Assembly (NCBI GenBank): GCA_037442105.1
Contig: JBBIQV010000001.1
Location: forward strand, 1-64,000
DNA: 64,000 bases
Direction: 5' to 3'
Source: Nitrospiraceae bacterium
Lineage (GTDB): Bacteria; Nitrospirota; Nitrospiria; Nitrospirales; Nitrospiraceae
Shown here: positions 37,447 to 47,414 of the stretch, piece after piece
Layout: each line of letters starts with the position of its first letter
Numbering within the stretch: position 1 is the stretch's first letter
Translations under genes and position numbers: made by a program
Notes under the pieces: model-generated
Told to the model about the DNA's origin: nothing
What the model saw: only the letters and a program-made list of their open reading frames with translations
The model's database searches: none

Positions 37447-40084
37447 TGAGCTGACCCCGCTCATGCGGCAATACCGCGACATCAAGCGAGGATATCCCGA
37501 CGCCATCCTGTTCTTTCGGGTCGGCGACTTCTACGAAATGTTCTACGAGGACGCCGTGGAAGCGTCCCGGATTCTGTCCATCGCATTGACGTCGAGGGAC
37601 AAGCACAGTACTGATCCGGTTCCTCTCTGCGGCGTGCCGTATCACGCTGCAACCGGCTATATTGCCAAACTGCTGAAGGCCGGCCGCACGGTCGCGCTTT
37701 GCGATCAGGTGGAAGATCCCAAACTCGCCAAGGGGCTGGTTCGGCGCGAGGTCGTTCGACTCTACACGCCCGGCACCTTGATCGACACCGAACTCCTCCC
37801 TCCAACAGAGGCCAACTTCCTGGCCGCGGTCCATGTCGGATCGGATCGCGGTGCTCCGCGAGGAACTCCCTCGTCCATCGGGCTCGCGGCGCTCGAAGTC
37901 TCCACAGGAGAGTTCTGGCTCGCCGAATTCCGAGGCGACCACGCGGTGCCGAGCCTCCTGGACGAACTGACGCGTTTGGACCCTCGTGAGCTGTTGTACT
38001 CGAACACCTGGACCTGCGAGAGCCTGCCATGGCTGGCCGAGGCCAGAGGCCCACGACTCTCAGCTCAACCGTCGCAGTGGTTCGAGTTCCGTGCTGCGAC
38101 GCAGCTCCTTCTTGAACAGTTCCGGGTCGGCTCGCTCGACGGTTTCGGATGCCAAAGCCTGACTCTGGGCGTCCAAGCGGGAGGAGCGGTACTCCGGTAC
38201 CTGCGCGAGACACAGCCGTCCGCGTCACTGGACCATATCCGTCGCGTGACCATTCGCCGGTCCGGCGACGCGATGCATCTCGACGCTGCGACGATCCACA
38301 ATCTCGAGTTGATCAGGCCCATGACCAGATTTCAGGATGCCGGTCTACGCACCGAGGCCACCCTACTCGCCGTCCTCGACCGTACGGTTACCGCCATGGG
38401 TGCTCGGCTGATGCGGGAGTGGATACTGAGGCCGCTGGTAACCGTCCAGGAGATTCAAACCAGACTGGATGCCGTGTCGGAGCTGCGCTCACGGCTGGAA
38501 CCGAGAGTCAACCTCCGCGCGACGCTCCGCAATGTGCAGGATCTGTCGAGGCTCAGCAGCCGAATGTCCCTCGGCGTGGCGAATCCACGGGACTTGCTGG
38601 CGATGAAACAGTCGGCCGCCGCATTGCCCGCGTTACAGGCCCACCTCGTCTTGTGCGAGTCCTCGCTCCTGAAAAACCTGGTTGACACCTGGGACAGTGC
38701 CACCGACATTCACGACTTGATCGAGCGTGCGATCGATCCGGATGCGCCCCTCTCTTCGCGCGATGGCGGAATCTTCCGGGAAGGTTACCACGCGGGCGTG
38801 GACGAGCTACGAAAAGCGAGTAAAGAGGGGAAAGGGTGGATCGCCGCTTTGGAAGCGAAAGAGCGAGAACGGACGGGCATCGAATCGCTCAAAGTTCGGT
38901 TCAATCACGTGTTCGGCTACTACATCGAAGTGACCAAAGCCAACCTCACGCGCGTTCCCACCGAGTACATTCGCAAGCAGACACTCGCCAACGCCGAACG
39001 GTTCATGACTCCGGAGCTCAAGGAGTTGGAAGAGCAAGTGACCGGTGCGGAGGCGAAGCTCAACGCGCTTGAGCAGGAGCTGTTTGAGATCCTGCTGGCA
39101 CGCTTAACGGAGGACACTTCTCGGCTCCAGTCCATTGGCCGCACGCTCGCCTTGTTGGATGTCTTGGCCGGCCTGGCTGAATCGGCCGCACTCCATCAAT
39201 ATGTGCGCCCGACCGTGGACGGTGGAGACACCATCCACATCGTGGATGGCCGGCATCCGGTTGTCGAGCGATTGGAGCTGCAGGGGAGTTTCATCCCCAA
39301 TGATGTCCTGCTGGACCGAGAAGAGAACCGCCTCCTGATTCTCACGGGCCCCAATATGGCGGGCAAAAGCACGTACCTTCGGCAAGTGGCCCTGATTGTG
39401 CTGATGGCGCAGATTGGGAGCTTTGTGCCGGCGAAGGAAGCACGCATCGGTCTCGTCGACCGCATTTTCACCAGAGTCGGCGCTTCGGACAACCTTGCCG
39501 CAGGCCAGAGCACCTTCATGGTAGAGATGACCGAGACCGCCAACATCCTGAACTCGGCCACGCCGCGCAGCTTGATCCTTCTCGACGAGATCGGCCGCGG
39601 AACCAGCACCTACGATGGATTGAGCATCGCCTGGGCAGTCGCCGAGCATATTCAGGACCCGCGACGCTTAGGAGCCAGGACGCTCTTTGCCACCCATTAT
39701 CACGAAATGACTCAGTTGGAGGATTCGCACCAGGGCATCAAAAATTATCGGGTTGCGGTGCATGAGCGCGATGGCGCTGTACTGTTCCTCAGAAAAATCG
39801 TCGCGGGCGGAGCGGACAAGAGTTATGGAATCCATGTGGCAAAGCTGGCCGGCTTGCCGCCTTCGGTGGTCCAGCGAGCGATGCAGGTCTTGTCACAACT
39901 GGAGCAACCGGCGACCATTCCCCGCGATTTCCCTCTTACCCTGGATATTCCTGATCGCGATCGGTCTCTCCCTCCTCCTCATCCGATCATCGAAGAGGTC
40001 CGCCAAATGGATCTCTTCTCCATGACCCCACTGGACGCTTTGAACCGCCTTGCCGAACTTCAGCGCAAGCTGGGTTCTGAGTAA
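37433..40084 (+). CDS. mutS: DNA mismatch repair protein MutS
   Basis: TPLMRQY, GDFYE, TGPNMAGKST, DEIGRGT, FATHYHE, SYGIHVA. Confidence 0.98.
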   Translation: MRMSDELTPLMRQYRDIKRGYPDAILFFRVGDFYEMFYEDAVEASRILSIALTSRDKHSTDPVPLCGVPYHAATGYIAKLLKAGRTVALCDQVEDPKLAKGLVRREVVRLYTPGTLIDTELLPPTEANFLAAVHVGSDRGAPRGTPSSIGLAALEVSTGEFWLAEFRGDHAVPSLLDELTRLDPRELLYSNTWTCESLPWLAEARGPRLSAQPSQWFEFRAATQLLLEQFRVGSLDGFGCQSLTLGVQAGGAVLRYLRETQPSASLDHIRRVTIRRSGDAMHLDAATIHNLELIRPMTRFQDAGLRTEATLLAVLDRTVTAMGARLMREWILRPLVTVQEIQTRLDAVSELRSRLEPRVNLRATLRNVQDLSRLSSRMSLGVANPRDLLAMKQSAAALPALQAHLVLCESSLLKNLVDTWDSATDIHDLIERAIDPDAPLSSRDGGIFREGYHAGVDELRKASKEGKGWIAALEAKERERTGIESLKVRFNHVFGYYIEVTKANLTRVPTEYIRKQTLANAERFMTPELKELEEQVTGAEAKLNALEQELFEILLARLTEDTSRLQSIGRTLALLDVLAGLAESAALHQYVRPTVDGGDTIHIVDGRHPVVERLELQGSFIPNDVLLDREENRLLILTGPNMAGKSTYLRQVALIVLMAQIGSFVPAKEARIGLVDRIFTRVGASDNLAAGQSTFMVEMTETANILNSATPRSLILLDEIGRGTSTYDGLSIAWAVAEHIQDPRRLGARTLFATHYHEMTQLEDSHQGIKNYRVAVHERDGAVLFLRKIVAGGADKSYGIHVAKLAGLPPSVVQRAMQVLSQLEQPATIPRDFPLTLDIPDRDRSLPPPHPIIEEVRQMDLFSMTPLDALNRLAELQRKLGSE

Positions 40085-40117
40085 GATCGCTCTCTGCTGG
40101 GCGCGCAAATAAAAAAT

Positions 40118-40152
40118 AAAAAAGGCGATGCCCTTTCGAGCATCGCCTTTTT
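40118..40152. terminator. Bidirectional intrinsic terminator
   Basis: AAAAAGGCGATGC-loop-GCATCGCCTTTTT between convergent genes. Confidence 0.85.
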
Positions 40153-40175
40153 CATGAACTTATGACTTTAGCTAA

Positions 40176-40847
40176 TCAGTGGCCACCCTTTCCGGCATTG
40201 TAAGGAGCGGTCCAGGGAATCAGGCCTCCCAGCGGCTTCTTGTCAGGGGTGAGGACATCATACTGCATCGCCGTCACCGCTTCACCCTTAGGTGAAGTAT
40301 TAAGTGCCTGCTTGGCCGCAGCACAGCCTGAGTCAGTCGCCTCGCTCTTACCTTCACACGCTTTCAGGCGCAATGAGGAAATGCTGCGTGTCTTGCCAGG
40401 CTCCCCCGCGTTTTCAGCCAGCTTCTTCACGGAGGAAATCACGCGATGGTTCTGCTCTGGTTCCTGAGCCACAAACTCGACCAGCGTGGTCGGCGATCCC
40501 GGCGGCACTTCCTTGGCAGCCGCAGGACCAGCGTGCGGACGGGCCATGGACTTCAATTGTTCCCAGACATTCTTGTCGGCTGCATAGAACTTCAAGTTCT
40601 TGCCAGGATGAACCTTTTGCCAGAAATATCCGCTCTCCGCATTGCCTCCGAACACGGCAATGTTGATCCACACCGCTTCATCGTACGGATCGAGAATAAT
40701 CACACGACCCTGGAGCGTGGTCGGCTTGCTCATGTCGCCCCATTCAAACCGTTCCTGGAACGCCTCAATGGCCAGCGCGGCGGAGGCTACACTCACGACC
40801 AAGGCCACAGCAGCCATAAAGGCCCAGCCTTGCTTACGAAGCTTCAT
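40176..40847 (-). CDS. Exported protein of unknown function
   Basis: Signal peptide ending ALA; AGGAGG RBS; no recognised family. Confidence 0.8.
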   Translation of the reverse strand: MKLRKQGWAFMAAVALVVSVASAALAIEAFQERFEWGDMSKPTTLQGRVIILDPYDEAVWINIAVFGGNAESGYFWQKVHPGKNLKFYAADKNVWEQLKSMARPHAGPAAAKEVPPGSPTTLVEFVAQEPEQNHRVISSVKKLAENAGEPGKTRSISSLRLKACEGKSEATDSGCAAAKQALNTSPKGEAVTAMQYDVLTPDKKPLGGLIPWTAPYNAGKGGH

Positions 40848-40898
40848 AATCGCATCCCTCCTTCACGAGACATGAAAGAAAAATGACTCAACAATAGT

Positions 40899-41405
40899 TT
40901 ACTTTAAGACCTTGAAGCCGGTGATGGTCCGACCATCTAAGGTCACTTCCATCGCCACGAGTTCCTGCGACGCTTTGATGATCTGATCCATGAGCGCCTT
41001 ATCCTTCACAGCAAGCCGGACAGTCGTCGCAGCATGGTACCAGCCGGAGTAGGGGTTGTTTTTTTCCGTTCCACCGGTGAACCCCCAGGCGCAGCAGCTA
41101 AACAGTGGGTCTGGTGGCTTCACGTCCAGATCCGATGAAGAGCGTCCGGCCGGAGTCCCTGAAGCCGGCTCACCCGTGTTCCAATATTGAATCCCGAACA
41201 GGATTTCACCATCCGGATTATCAGCCCACTGCGACCATACCCGGCCCTTCAAGGTTTTGGCAGCCTCACCCTTGAGCGCATGCCCCCCAACAATCTGGTC
41301 AACAGGTCCCGCACCGGGAGCATCGGCTGCTGCCACAAAGCCGGCCGTCAGCAAGCCGAAGACAGAGAAGACTGCAACAGCGGCTAGAACTACGACCCTC
41401 TTCAT
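40899..41405 (-). CDS. Exported protein of unknown function
   Basis: MKR plus hydrophobic signal; AGGAGG RBS; contains vicinal CC. Confidence 0.8.
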   Translation of the reverse strand: MKRVVVLAAVAVFSVFGLLTAGFVAAADAPGAGPVDQIVGGHALKGEAAKTLKGRVWSQWADNPDGEILFGIQYWNTGEPASGTPAGRSSSDLDVKPPDPLFSCCAWGFTGGTEKNNPYSGWYHAATTVRLAVKDKALMDQIIKASQELVAMEVTLDGRTITGFKVLK

Positions 41406-41595
41406 AACCAAGTCCCTCCTTCCTAATAAATGATAACAACGACCCGACTAATGAGTTCCCAGGGTTCAAAAGTTCAAAAAACGAGCCGAGAAAACGCACC
41501 CACCGGAAGAATCTTCCTCGACACCCCCTTTCTTAACTCTCACCGTGAGCAGCGTTCACCAAAGCAATGATCATCAGGAAATAAAAACGGGCCTC

Positions 41596-41624
41596 ATGGT
41601 ACTGAAATCACCACCACGTGTCAA
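41596..41624 (-). promoter_or_regulatory. Sigma70-type promoter of the exported-protein operon
   Basis: Minus strand TTGACA-17bp-TACCAT. Confidence 0.65.
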
Positions 41625-41676
41625 GGAAATGTTTTCGGAAAAACGAGAGAGCGCTGCTTCAAATATTACTCTTACT

Positions 41677-41689
41677 AATCAATGGCTTA
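41677..41689 (+). promoter_or_regulatory. IHF-binding site
   Basis: AATCAATGGCTTA matches WATCAANNNNTTR in an AT-rich tract. Confidence 0.5.
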
Positions 41690-41755
41690 CGAATTACATT
41701 CCCCTTTGAATCATTCCCATTCTTCTGCCCTGGCTTCAAGAATTCTTAGAGATTT

Positions 41756-43015
41756 TTAATTTTCTACGAATGCCTGCAATGTTCTCGGCGACAGGGGGCC
41801 AAGCGCGGTAATGGCGATGGAATCCAGATCAAATAAGTCCTGTCCCACCCGAACAACCTGATCACGCGACACACGATCAATTTCGGCCAGCATGTCCTCC
41901 AGCGAGGTATGGCAGCCGTTCGTCAGCTCGTCTTTCGCCAATTTGGTCATCCGGCCATGAGAGCTCTCCAAGCTCAGCATGAGACTGCCTTTCATCTGAT
42001 TCTTGGCTCGCTCGATCTCTTTTGGCTCCAGGCCCTTGCGTCGAATCCGATCGAGTTCGCGATACGCAAGGTCGACCACTCGTGCGACCTCTTTCGGCCT
42101 CGTCGCAGCATAGACCGTAATTGTGCCCCCATCGGAGTACGGAGTGAGATACGAGAAAATGGAATAAGCCAAGCCCCGTTTTTCCCGGATTTCCTGAAAG
42201 AGCCTCGAGCTCACACTCCCACCCAAAACGCTATTGAGCGCATGCGCTGCATACCTATCTTTGTGGCCGGCAGAGACACCTTTCAGTCCAAGGCAGAGAT
42301 GCACTTGCTCGAGCGGTTTTCGGCGCACAACCAAGCCGCCGGTGGGTTGAGGCGGCCAGCGCGCTGGGATCGTTCCATGGTCACCCCTCGTGAACGAGCC
42401 GAAGAAACGGAACACCATCGACTCCAGCGCCTTCGTCTCGAAATTTCCCGCTATGGCAATCACAATTCGTCGAGGGTCGTAATGTTTTTCGATATAGTCC
42501 AGTAAATCTTTCCGCCGCACCCCCTTGATCACCCCCACCGATCCCAGGATGGGCCGCCCCAAAGGATGACGCCCCAACACCTGCTCGGTGTGGAGTTCCT
42601 GAAGCAAATCTTCCGGATCATCCTGGACCATCCGAATTTCTTCCAGGACGACCTGCTTCTCTTTTTCCATTTCTTTCGAATCGAACCGGGAGCGATGGAA
42701 GAGATCGGCCAGCAATTCGAGGGCTGCCTCTAACTGCTGATCCAAGACTTTCACATAAAAGGTCGTAGACTCCCGCGTGGTAAACGCATTCATCTCGCCG
42801 CCCAGCGCGTCGATTTCTCGGGAAATCTGCGCCGCTGAGCGGCGCTCGGTCCCCTTGAAGAACATATGCTCGATGAAGTGAGTGAAGCCTCGCTCACCGG
42901 GCTGTTCGTCCCGCGACCCTACGTTGACCCAAATCCCGACGGTAACCGACTTCAACGTCGGGATCTGCTCGGTCACAACACGAATACCGTTGTCGAGGAC
43001 GAACTTTCGGTACAC
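41756..43015 (-). CDS. M16-family zinc peptidase
   Basis: HXXEH (HFIEH), NAFT, SSRLFQEIREKRGLAY; downstream of pnp. Confidence 0.93.
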   Translation of the reverse strand: MYRKFVLDNGIRVVTEQIPTLKSVTVGIWVNVGSRDEQPGERGFTHFIEHMFFKGTERRSAAQISREIDALGGEMNAFTTRESTTFYVKVLDQQLEAALELLADLFHRSRFDSKEMEKEKQVVLEEIRMVQDDPEDLLQELHTEQVLGRHPLGRPILGSVGVIKGVRRKDLLDYIEKHYDPRRIVIAIAGNFETKALESMVFRFFGSFTRGDHGTIPARWPPQPTGGLVVRRKPLEQVHLCLGLKGVSAGHKDRYAAHALNSVLGGSVSSRLFQEIREKRGLAYSIFSYLTPYSDGGTITVYAATRPKEVARVVDLAYRELDRIRRKGLEPKEIERAKNQMKGSLMLSLESSHGRMTKLAKDELTNGCHTSLEDMLAEIDRVSRDQVVRVGQDLFDLDSIAITALGPLSPRTLQAFVEN

Positions 43016-43021
43016 GCGAAG

Positions 43022-45133
43022 TTATCCGGCGGCAGGCTCTTTCGCAGTAGCGGAGGGAGCCGGCATCGCCTCCTTGCGACTCAATCGTATCTTTCCCTGC
43101 TTGTCGATTTCGAGGACTTTGACCAGAACCTGTTCCCCCTCGGCGACTTCATCTGAAACAGCCTTCACCCGATGATGGGCTAGCTGAGAGATATGGACCA
43201 ACCCGTCGGTGCCCGGCAGCACTTCGACGAACGCGCCGAAGTCCATGATCTTGCGCACCGTCCCAAGGTAGATCTTGCCGACCTCGACTTCCTCCGTCAG
43301 CCGATTGATGATGTCGATCGCCTTCTTGGCGGACGCTTCGTCTGCGGACGCAATGGAGACCAAGCCGCTGTCTTCCACATTGATCTTCACGCCGGTCTCG
43401 GCAATGATCCCACGAATGGTCTTGCCTCCCGGGCCGATGACCTCACGAATCTTGTCCTGTTTGACCTTCAACGTAAAGATTCGCGGAGCGAATGCGGACA
43501 GGTTGGTCCGAGGCTGATCCAGGGCCTTCAGCATGCAGTCCAAGATATGGAGACGCCCGGCACGAGCCTGATCCAATGCGGTCTTCATAAGAGCCGCGGT
43601 AATGCCGCCGATCTTGATATCCATCTGCAGCGCCGTCACGCCGTTTTTGGTTCCCGTGACCTTGAAATCCATATCGCCAAGATGGTCCTCAAGGCCGAGG
43701 ATATCGGACAACACCATGACCCGATTCCCTTCCTTGATCAGCCCCATCGCAATACCGGCGACCGGTTCCTTAATAGGGACCCCGGCATCCATGAGGGCCA
43801 TGGTCCCTCCGCACACAGTTGCCATGGACGAAGACCCGTTCGACTCCAGGATGTCCGAAACGATGCGCAGCGTATATGGGAAGGTTTCCTTATTCGGGAT
43901 GATGGCTTTCAACGCCCGCTCGGCGAGCGCTCCGTGGCCGACCTCGCGGCGGCCGGGCGAGCGGAGCGGCCGCGCCTCTCCCACGCTGAAAGGCGGAAAA
44001 TTGTAATGAAGCATGAACGCGCGCGTGTATTCGCCCTCGAGCGCATCAATCCGCTGCTCATCTTCGGTGGTGCCCAGCGTCACCACCGCCAAGCTCTGCG
44101 TCTCCCCACGAGTAAACAGGGCCGAGCCATGCGTGCGAGGCAACACTCCGACTTCGACCGTGATCGGCCGGATATCCGCTGGCCCCCGGCCATCTGCGCG
44201 GACACCCCGCTCCAGGATCATGTTCCGGACTTCCGTGTATTCCAGCGAGTGGAACACGAGCTTGACGTGCCGTTCGCGATCGGGGTCCTCGTTCTTCATC
44301 TTGCTCACGGTTTCGCTAAGAATCTGGTCAAGCCGTTCCTGCCGGGCAGACTTGTTCGGAATAAGTATCGCCTCTCGAATGGGGCCCGCCACCAACGTGC
44401 GAACTTCCTCGGCGAGGACCGGATCAATCTGCTCATTCACCACCGCTCGCTTGGGTTTTCCAGCCGTCGTTTGGAGCTCTTCAATCTTGGCGACGATTTT
44501 CTTGATCTCGGCATGGGCGCGTTCGATCGCCTCAAGCATCGTGGCCTCGGGCAGTTCATCCGCCCCGGCTTCCACCATCATTACGGCATCTGCCGTTCCG
44601 GCCACGACCAGATGCAGGTCGCTCTTCTCGATGGTTTCGAGATCGGGGTTCACAACGAATTGGCCGTCCACTCGACCGATCTTCACGGCGGCCACCGGTC
44701 CACCGAAGGGAATCGGAGAGATCGTCAGCGCGGCCGAGGCGGCAATGATCCCGATGACGTCGGACGAACCGGTCTTATCCGCTGAGAGAACAGAGGCAAT
44801 GACTTGAGTCTCGAAGTAGTACCCTTCGGGGAACAACGGCCGGATCGGTCGGTCGATGAGCCGGCTGGTCAGAACTTCTTTCTCTGAGGGACGGCCTTCC
44901 CGTTTGAAATAGCCGCCGGGAATTTTGCCGGCTGCATAGGCCTTCTCTTGATAATCCACCGTCAGGGGCAGGAAATCGATGCCGGGCTTCACCGTCTGGG
45001 ACGCCACGGCGGTAGCCAACACCACCGTGTCCCCGTAGGACACCCACACTGCCCCATCTGCCTGTTTGGCGACTCGGCCGGTCTCCAATCTCAAGAGACG
45101 GCCTGCTAATTCCAATTCCACCACGTGACTCAT
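43022..45133 (-). CDS. pnp: Polyribonucleotide nucleotidyltransferase
   Basis: Two RNase PH domains, RREVGHG, SNGSSS, GDMDFKV, KH and S1 domains. Confidence 0.98.
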   Translation of the reverse strand: MSHVVELELAGRLLRLETGRVAKQADGAVWVSYGDTVVLATAVASQTVKPGIDFLPLTVDYQEKAYAAGKIPGGYFKREGRPSEKEVLTSRLIDRPIRPLFPEGYYFETQVIASVLSADKTGSSDVIGIIAASAALTISPIPFGGPVAAVKIGRVDGQFVVNPDLETIEKSDLHLVVAGTADAVMMVEAGADELPEATMLEAIERAHAEIKKIVAKIEELQTTAGKPKRAVVNEQIDPVLAEEVRTLVAGPIREAILIPNKSARQERLDQILSETVSKMKNEDPDRERHVKLVFHSLEYTEVRNMILERGVRADGRGPADIRPITVEVGVLPRTHGSALFTRGETQSLAVVTLGTTEDEQRIDALEGEYTRAFMLHYNFPPFSVGEARPLRSPGRREVGHGALAERALKAIIPNKETFPYTLRIVSDILESNGSSSMATVCGGTMALMDAGVPIKEPVAGIAMGLIKEGNRVMVLSDILGLEDHLGDMDFKVTGTKNGVTALQMDIKIGGITAALMKTALDQARAGRLHILDCMLKALDQPRTNLSAFAPRIFTLKVKQDKIREVIGPGGKTIRGIIAETGVKINVEDSGLVSIASADEASAKKAIDIINRLTEEVEVGKIYLGTVRKIMDFGAFVEVLPGTDGLVHISQLAHHRVKAVSDEVAEGEQVLVKVLEIDKQGKIRLSRKEAMPAPSATAKEPAAG

Positions 45134-45157
45134 CTATGGTCTCCTTTGGTTACGTCC

Positions 45158-45294
45158 CACAGATGCCCACAGAGATGGACTCAGAAGCGCAATGAAAAAT
45201 TCAAAATGCAAAATGTCAAATTGAGTGACCGCCCCTTCGCATTTTTAATTTTGCATTCCGCATTGCTCTGAGCCCATGTCCGTGTTCATCTGTG
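45158..45294. repeat. Long imperfect inverted repeat with inner heptamer (NNNNAAT/ATTNNNN) arrays
   Basis: 28-nt outer arms at 45158-45185 and 45267-45294 (5 mismatches) enclosing complementary heptamer runs. Confidence 0.85.
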
Positions 45295-45343
45295 CGACAG
45301 CCTTTTGCGTGCGGTCGCACGACAGCACGACGCCCTTCTTGGG

Positions 45344-45613
45344 CTACTTGCGAATGCCTAGCCGATCGAGCACGGCGCGATAGCGCGCATCATCAATACG
45401 GCGCAAATAATCCAGCAGTCGGCGGCGGCGACCGACCAATTGAAGCAGTCCGCGCCGCGAGTGATTATCCTTCTTATGCAGCTTGAAATGCTCGGTCAAA
45501 TACCCGATACGGTTCGTCAAGATGGCGATCTGCACTTCCGGGGAGCCGGTGTCCGCTTCATGCTGCCGATACTGCCGAATCACTTCCGTTCTCGCTTCCT
45601 TGAGTAGCGCCAT
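45344..45613 (-). CDS. rpsO: 30S ribosomal protein S15
   Basis: [20 protein letters not shown]. Confidence 0.98.
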   Translation of the reverse strand: MALLKEARTEVIRQYRQHEADTGSPEVQIAILTNRIGYLTEHFKLHKKDNHSRRGLLQLVGRRRRLLDYLRRIDDARYRAVLDRLGIRK

Positions 45614-45639
45614 GGATCCTCTTCCTCCTGCGTGACAAA

Positions 45640-46686
45640 TCAGACGTGCTGCTTCCTTTCTTCACTCACTAGATCTTCACTCACTAGAACTTTCGCAATC
45701 GGGACCGGCCCCGCCGGTGCATTCGAGGGAATTCCACCAAGCGGGTTTCCCGGAAGTACTCCGATTGCCAATAGCCGCCCCTTTTGATCCTTCACACGAA
45801 CCGGCCGTCTTGCAACCACCCCGCCCGGCCGGCCGCTACCTTCCCATTCCACCATCCCCTGGACTGGAACCGGAACACCGTGGAGAACCCGCGCAGCCGT
45901 CGGCTGGTCGACGATCAGCGCCGGAAGCGACTGAAGCGCCTGATCCAATGATAGGAGATGTTCGGCCAACAACCCTACGGTCACGCGGGCCTCAATTTCT
46001 TCCACCGTCAATGCCCGCTCAAGCTCCAACGGCCCGACACGCCGCCGCTCCAGAGACCGAAGGTGGCCGCCCACCCCCAGTGCTTCGCCGACATCGGCGC
46101 ATAATGTCCGCACATACGTTCCCTTCGAACAGACGACGCGCAGGTCGACATCGGACCCGTAAATCCCCAGCACCTCCAATTCGTACACCTGCACCTCGCG
46201 CGCCTCTCGTGCTACCGTACGTCCGGCCCTGGCCGATTTATAGAGGGGGACGCCCGCGACTTTCACAGCCGAATACATCGGCGGGATCTGCCTGCACGTG
46301 CCGACAAACCGGCCAACCGTTTCGCGGATGCGTTCGGCGGTCAGCCCATCCGTCGAAGACCGGCTCAATACGGTTCCCGTTGCGTCCAGTGTATCGGTCG
46401 TTTCACCCAAACGAAGGACCGCCCGATACTCCTTATCCCAATCAAGTAAATATTCGGCGATGCGGGTTCCCCGGCCGACCAGAACGGGCAACACGCCGGT
46501 CGCCGCAGGGTCTAAAGTGCCGGCATGGCCGACCTTCGCACCATCCAGCAAGGATCGAATCTTCGCCACCACATCGTGAGAAGTCCACCCGGTCGGCTTG
46601 TTCACCGTGAGCACGCCATCTCCCACGACGTTCTTCGGTACGGCGAACGGCTCGATAGTCACGGTCTGCCCTTTTAGGTTAATCAT
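45640..46686 (-). CDS. truB: tRNA pseudouridine(55) synthase
   Basis: [36 protein letters not shown]. Confidence 0.96.
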   Translation of the reverse strand: MINLKGQTVTIEPFAVPKNVVGDGVLTVNKPTGWTSHDVVAKIRSLLDGAKVGHAGTLDPAATGVLPVLVGRGTRIAEYLLDWDKEYRAVLRLGETTDTLDATGTVLSRSSTDGLTAERIRETVGRFVGTCRQIPPMYSAVKVAGVPLYKSARAGRTVAREAREVQVYELEVLGIYGSDVDLRVVCSKGTYVRTLCADVGEALGVGGHLRSLERRRVGPLELERALTVEEIEARVTVGLLAEHLLSLDQALQSLPALIVDQPTAARVLHGVPVPVQGMVEWEGSGRPGGVVARRPVRVKDQKGRLLAIGVLPGNPLGGIPSNAPAGPVPIAKVLVSEDLVSEERKQHV

Positions 46687-47083
46687 GACTCGTCTCGTCC
46701 GGGCGCCCTGTACCGCTCGACGCAGCCGGCTCATCCGCGCTGAGCCCTTCGAGGATCTTCAAGACCCGATCGCCACGAGGCCCGCTGAGATCCTTCACGA
46801 AGACGAGTTCCGGCGTATAGCGGAGCGCGAGGCGCCGACCTAGTTCTCCGCGAATGAACCCGTTGGCCTTCGCCAGCCCATCGAACACCTCGCGCTCGCC
46901 TTGGTTTTCTTCCATCGTGGTCACGTAGACGCGCGCCGAGCGAAGATCGCTGGTCAGCGCGACATCGGTAACCGTCACCGAGCGAACCCGAGGGTCTTTG
47001 ATCTTGCGCATCAAAATGTCCGCGACCTCCATGCGGATCTGATCGGCCACACGATCGGCTCGCTTGTAGGTCGTCTTGGACAT
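46679..47083 (-). CDS. rbfA: Ribosome-binding factor A
   Basis: R..RV...I, KDPR, DL..ARVY, LRYTPEL.F..D. Confidence 0.95.
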   Translation of the reverse strand: MSKTTYKRADRVADQIRMEVADILMRKIKDPRVRSVTVTDVALTSDLRSARVYVTTMEENQGEREVFDGLAKANGFIRGELGRRLALRYTPELVFVKDLSGPRGDRVLKILEGLSADEPAASSGTGRPDETSHD

Positions 47084-47101
47084 GGTGGCTACGCACACGG
47101 G

Positions 47102-47383
47102 TCACAAAAGTTCGATTCGGGATCGCACGACCTCGATCGCCGGGACGTTCCTAATCAGGTTCAGCGCCTGTTCCAAGACTTGATTGACGTACGCGCTCTC
47201 ATTGGCGACGCAGGCCAATCCTAAAATCGCTTTCTGCCACAAATCCTGCTCGCCAACCTCGGCGACTGATAGGTTAAATTTCTCCCTCAGGCGATCCTTC
47301 AGGCTCAGCAGGACCTGCCGCTTCCCCTTAAGAGAGTGGCCATCGGGGAGAAAGAGTTCAACCGTGCAAACCCCAACGATCAT
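47102..47383 (-). CDS. DUF503 (YlxP) family protein
   Basis: SLKGKR...KFNLSVAEV..QD.WQ; lies between infB and rbfA. Confidence 0.9.
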   Translation of the reverse strand: MIVGVCTVELFLPDGHSLKGKRQVLLSLKDRLREKFNLSVAEVGEQDLWQKAILGLACVANESAYVNQVLEQALNLIRNVPAIEVVRSRIELL

Positions 47384-47414
47384 ACGAGTGTGGAACCGCC
47401 AAACTCACCGTTGG

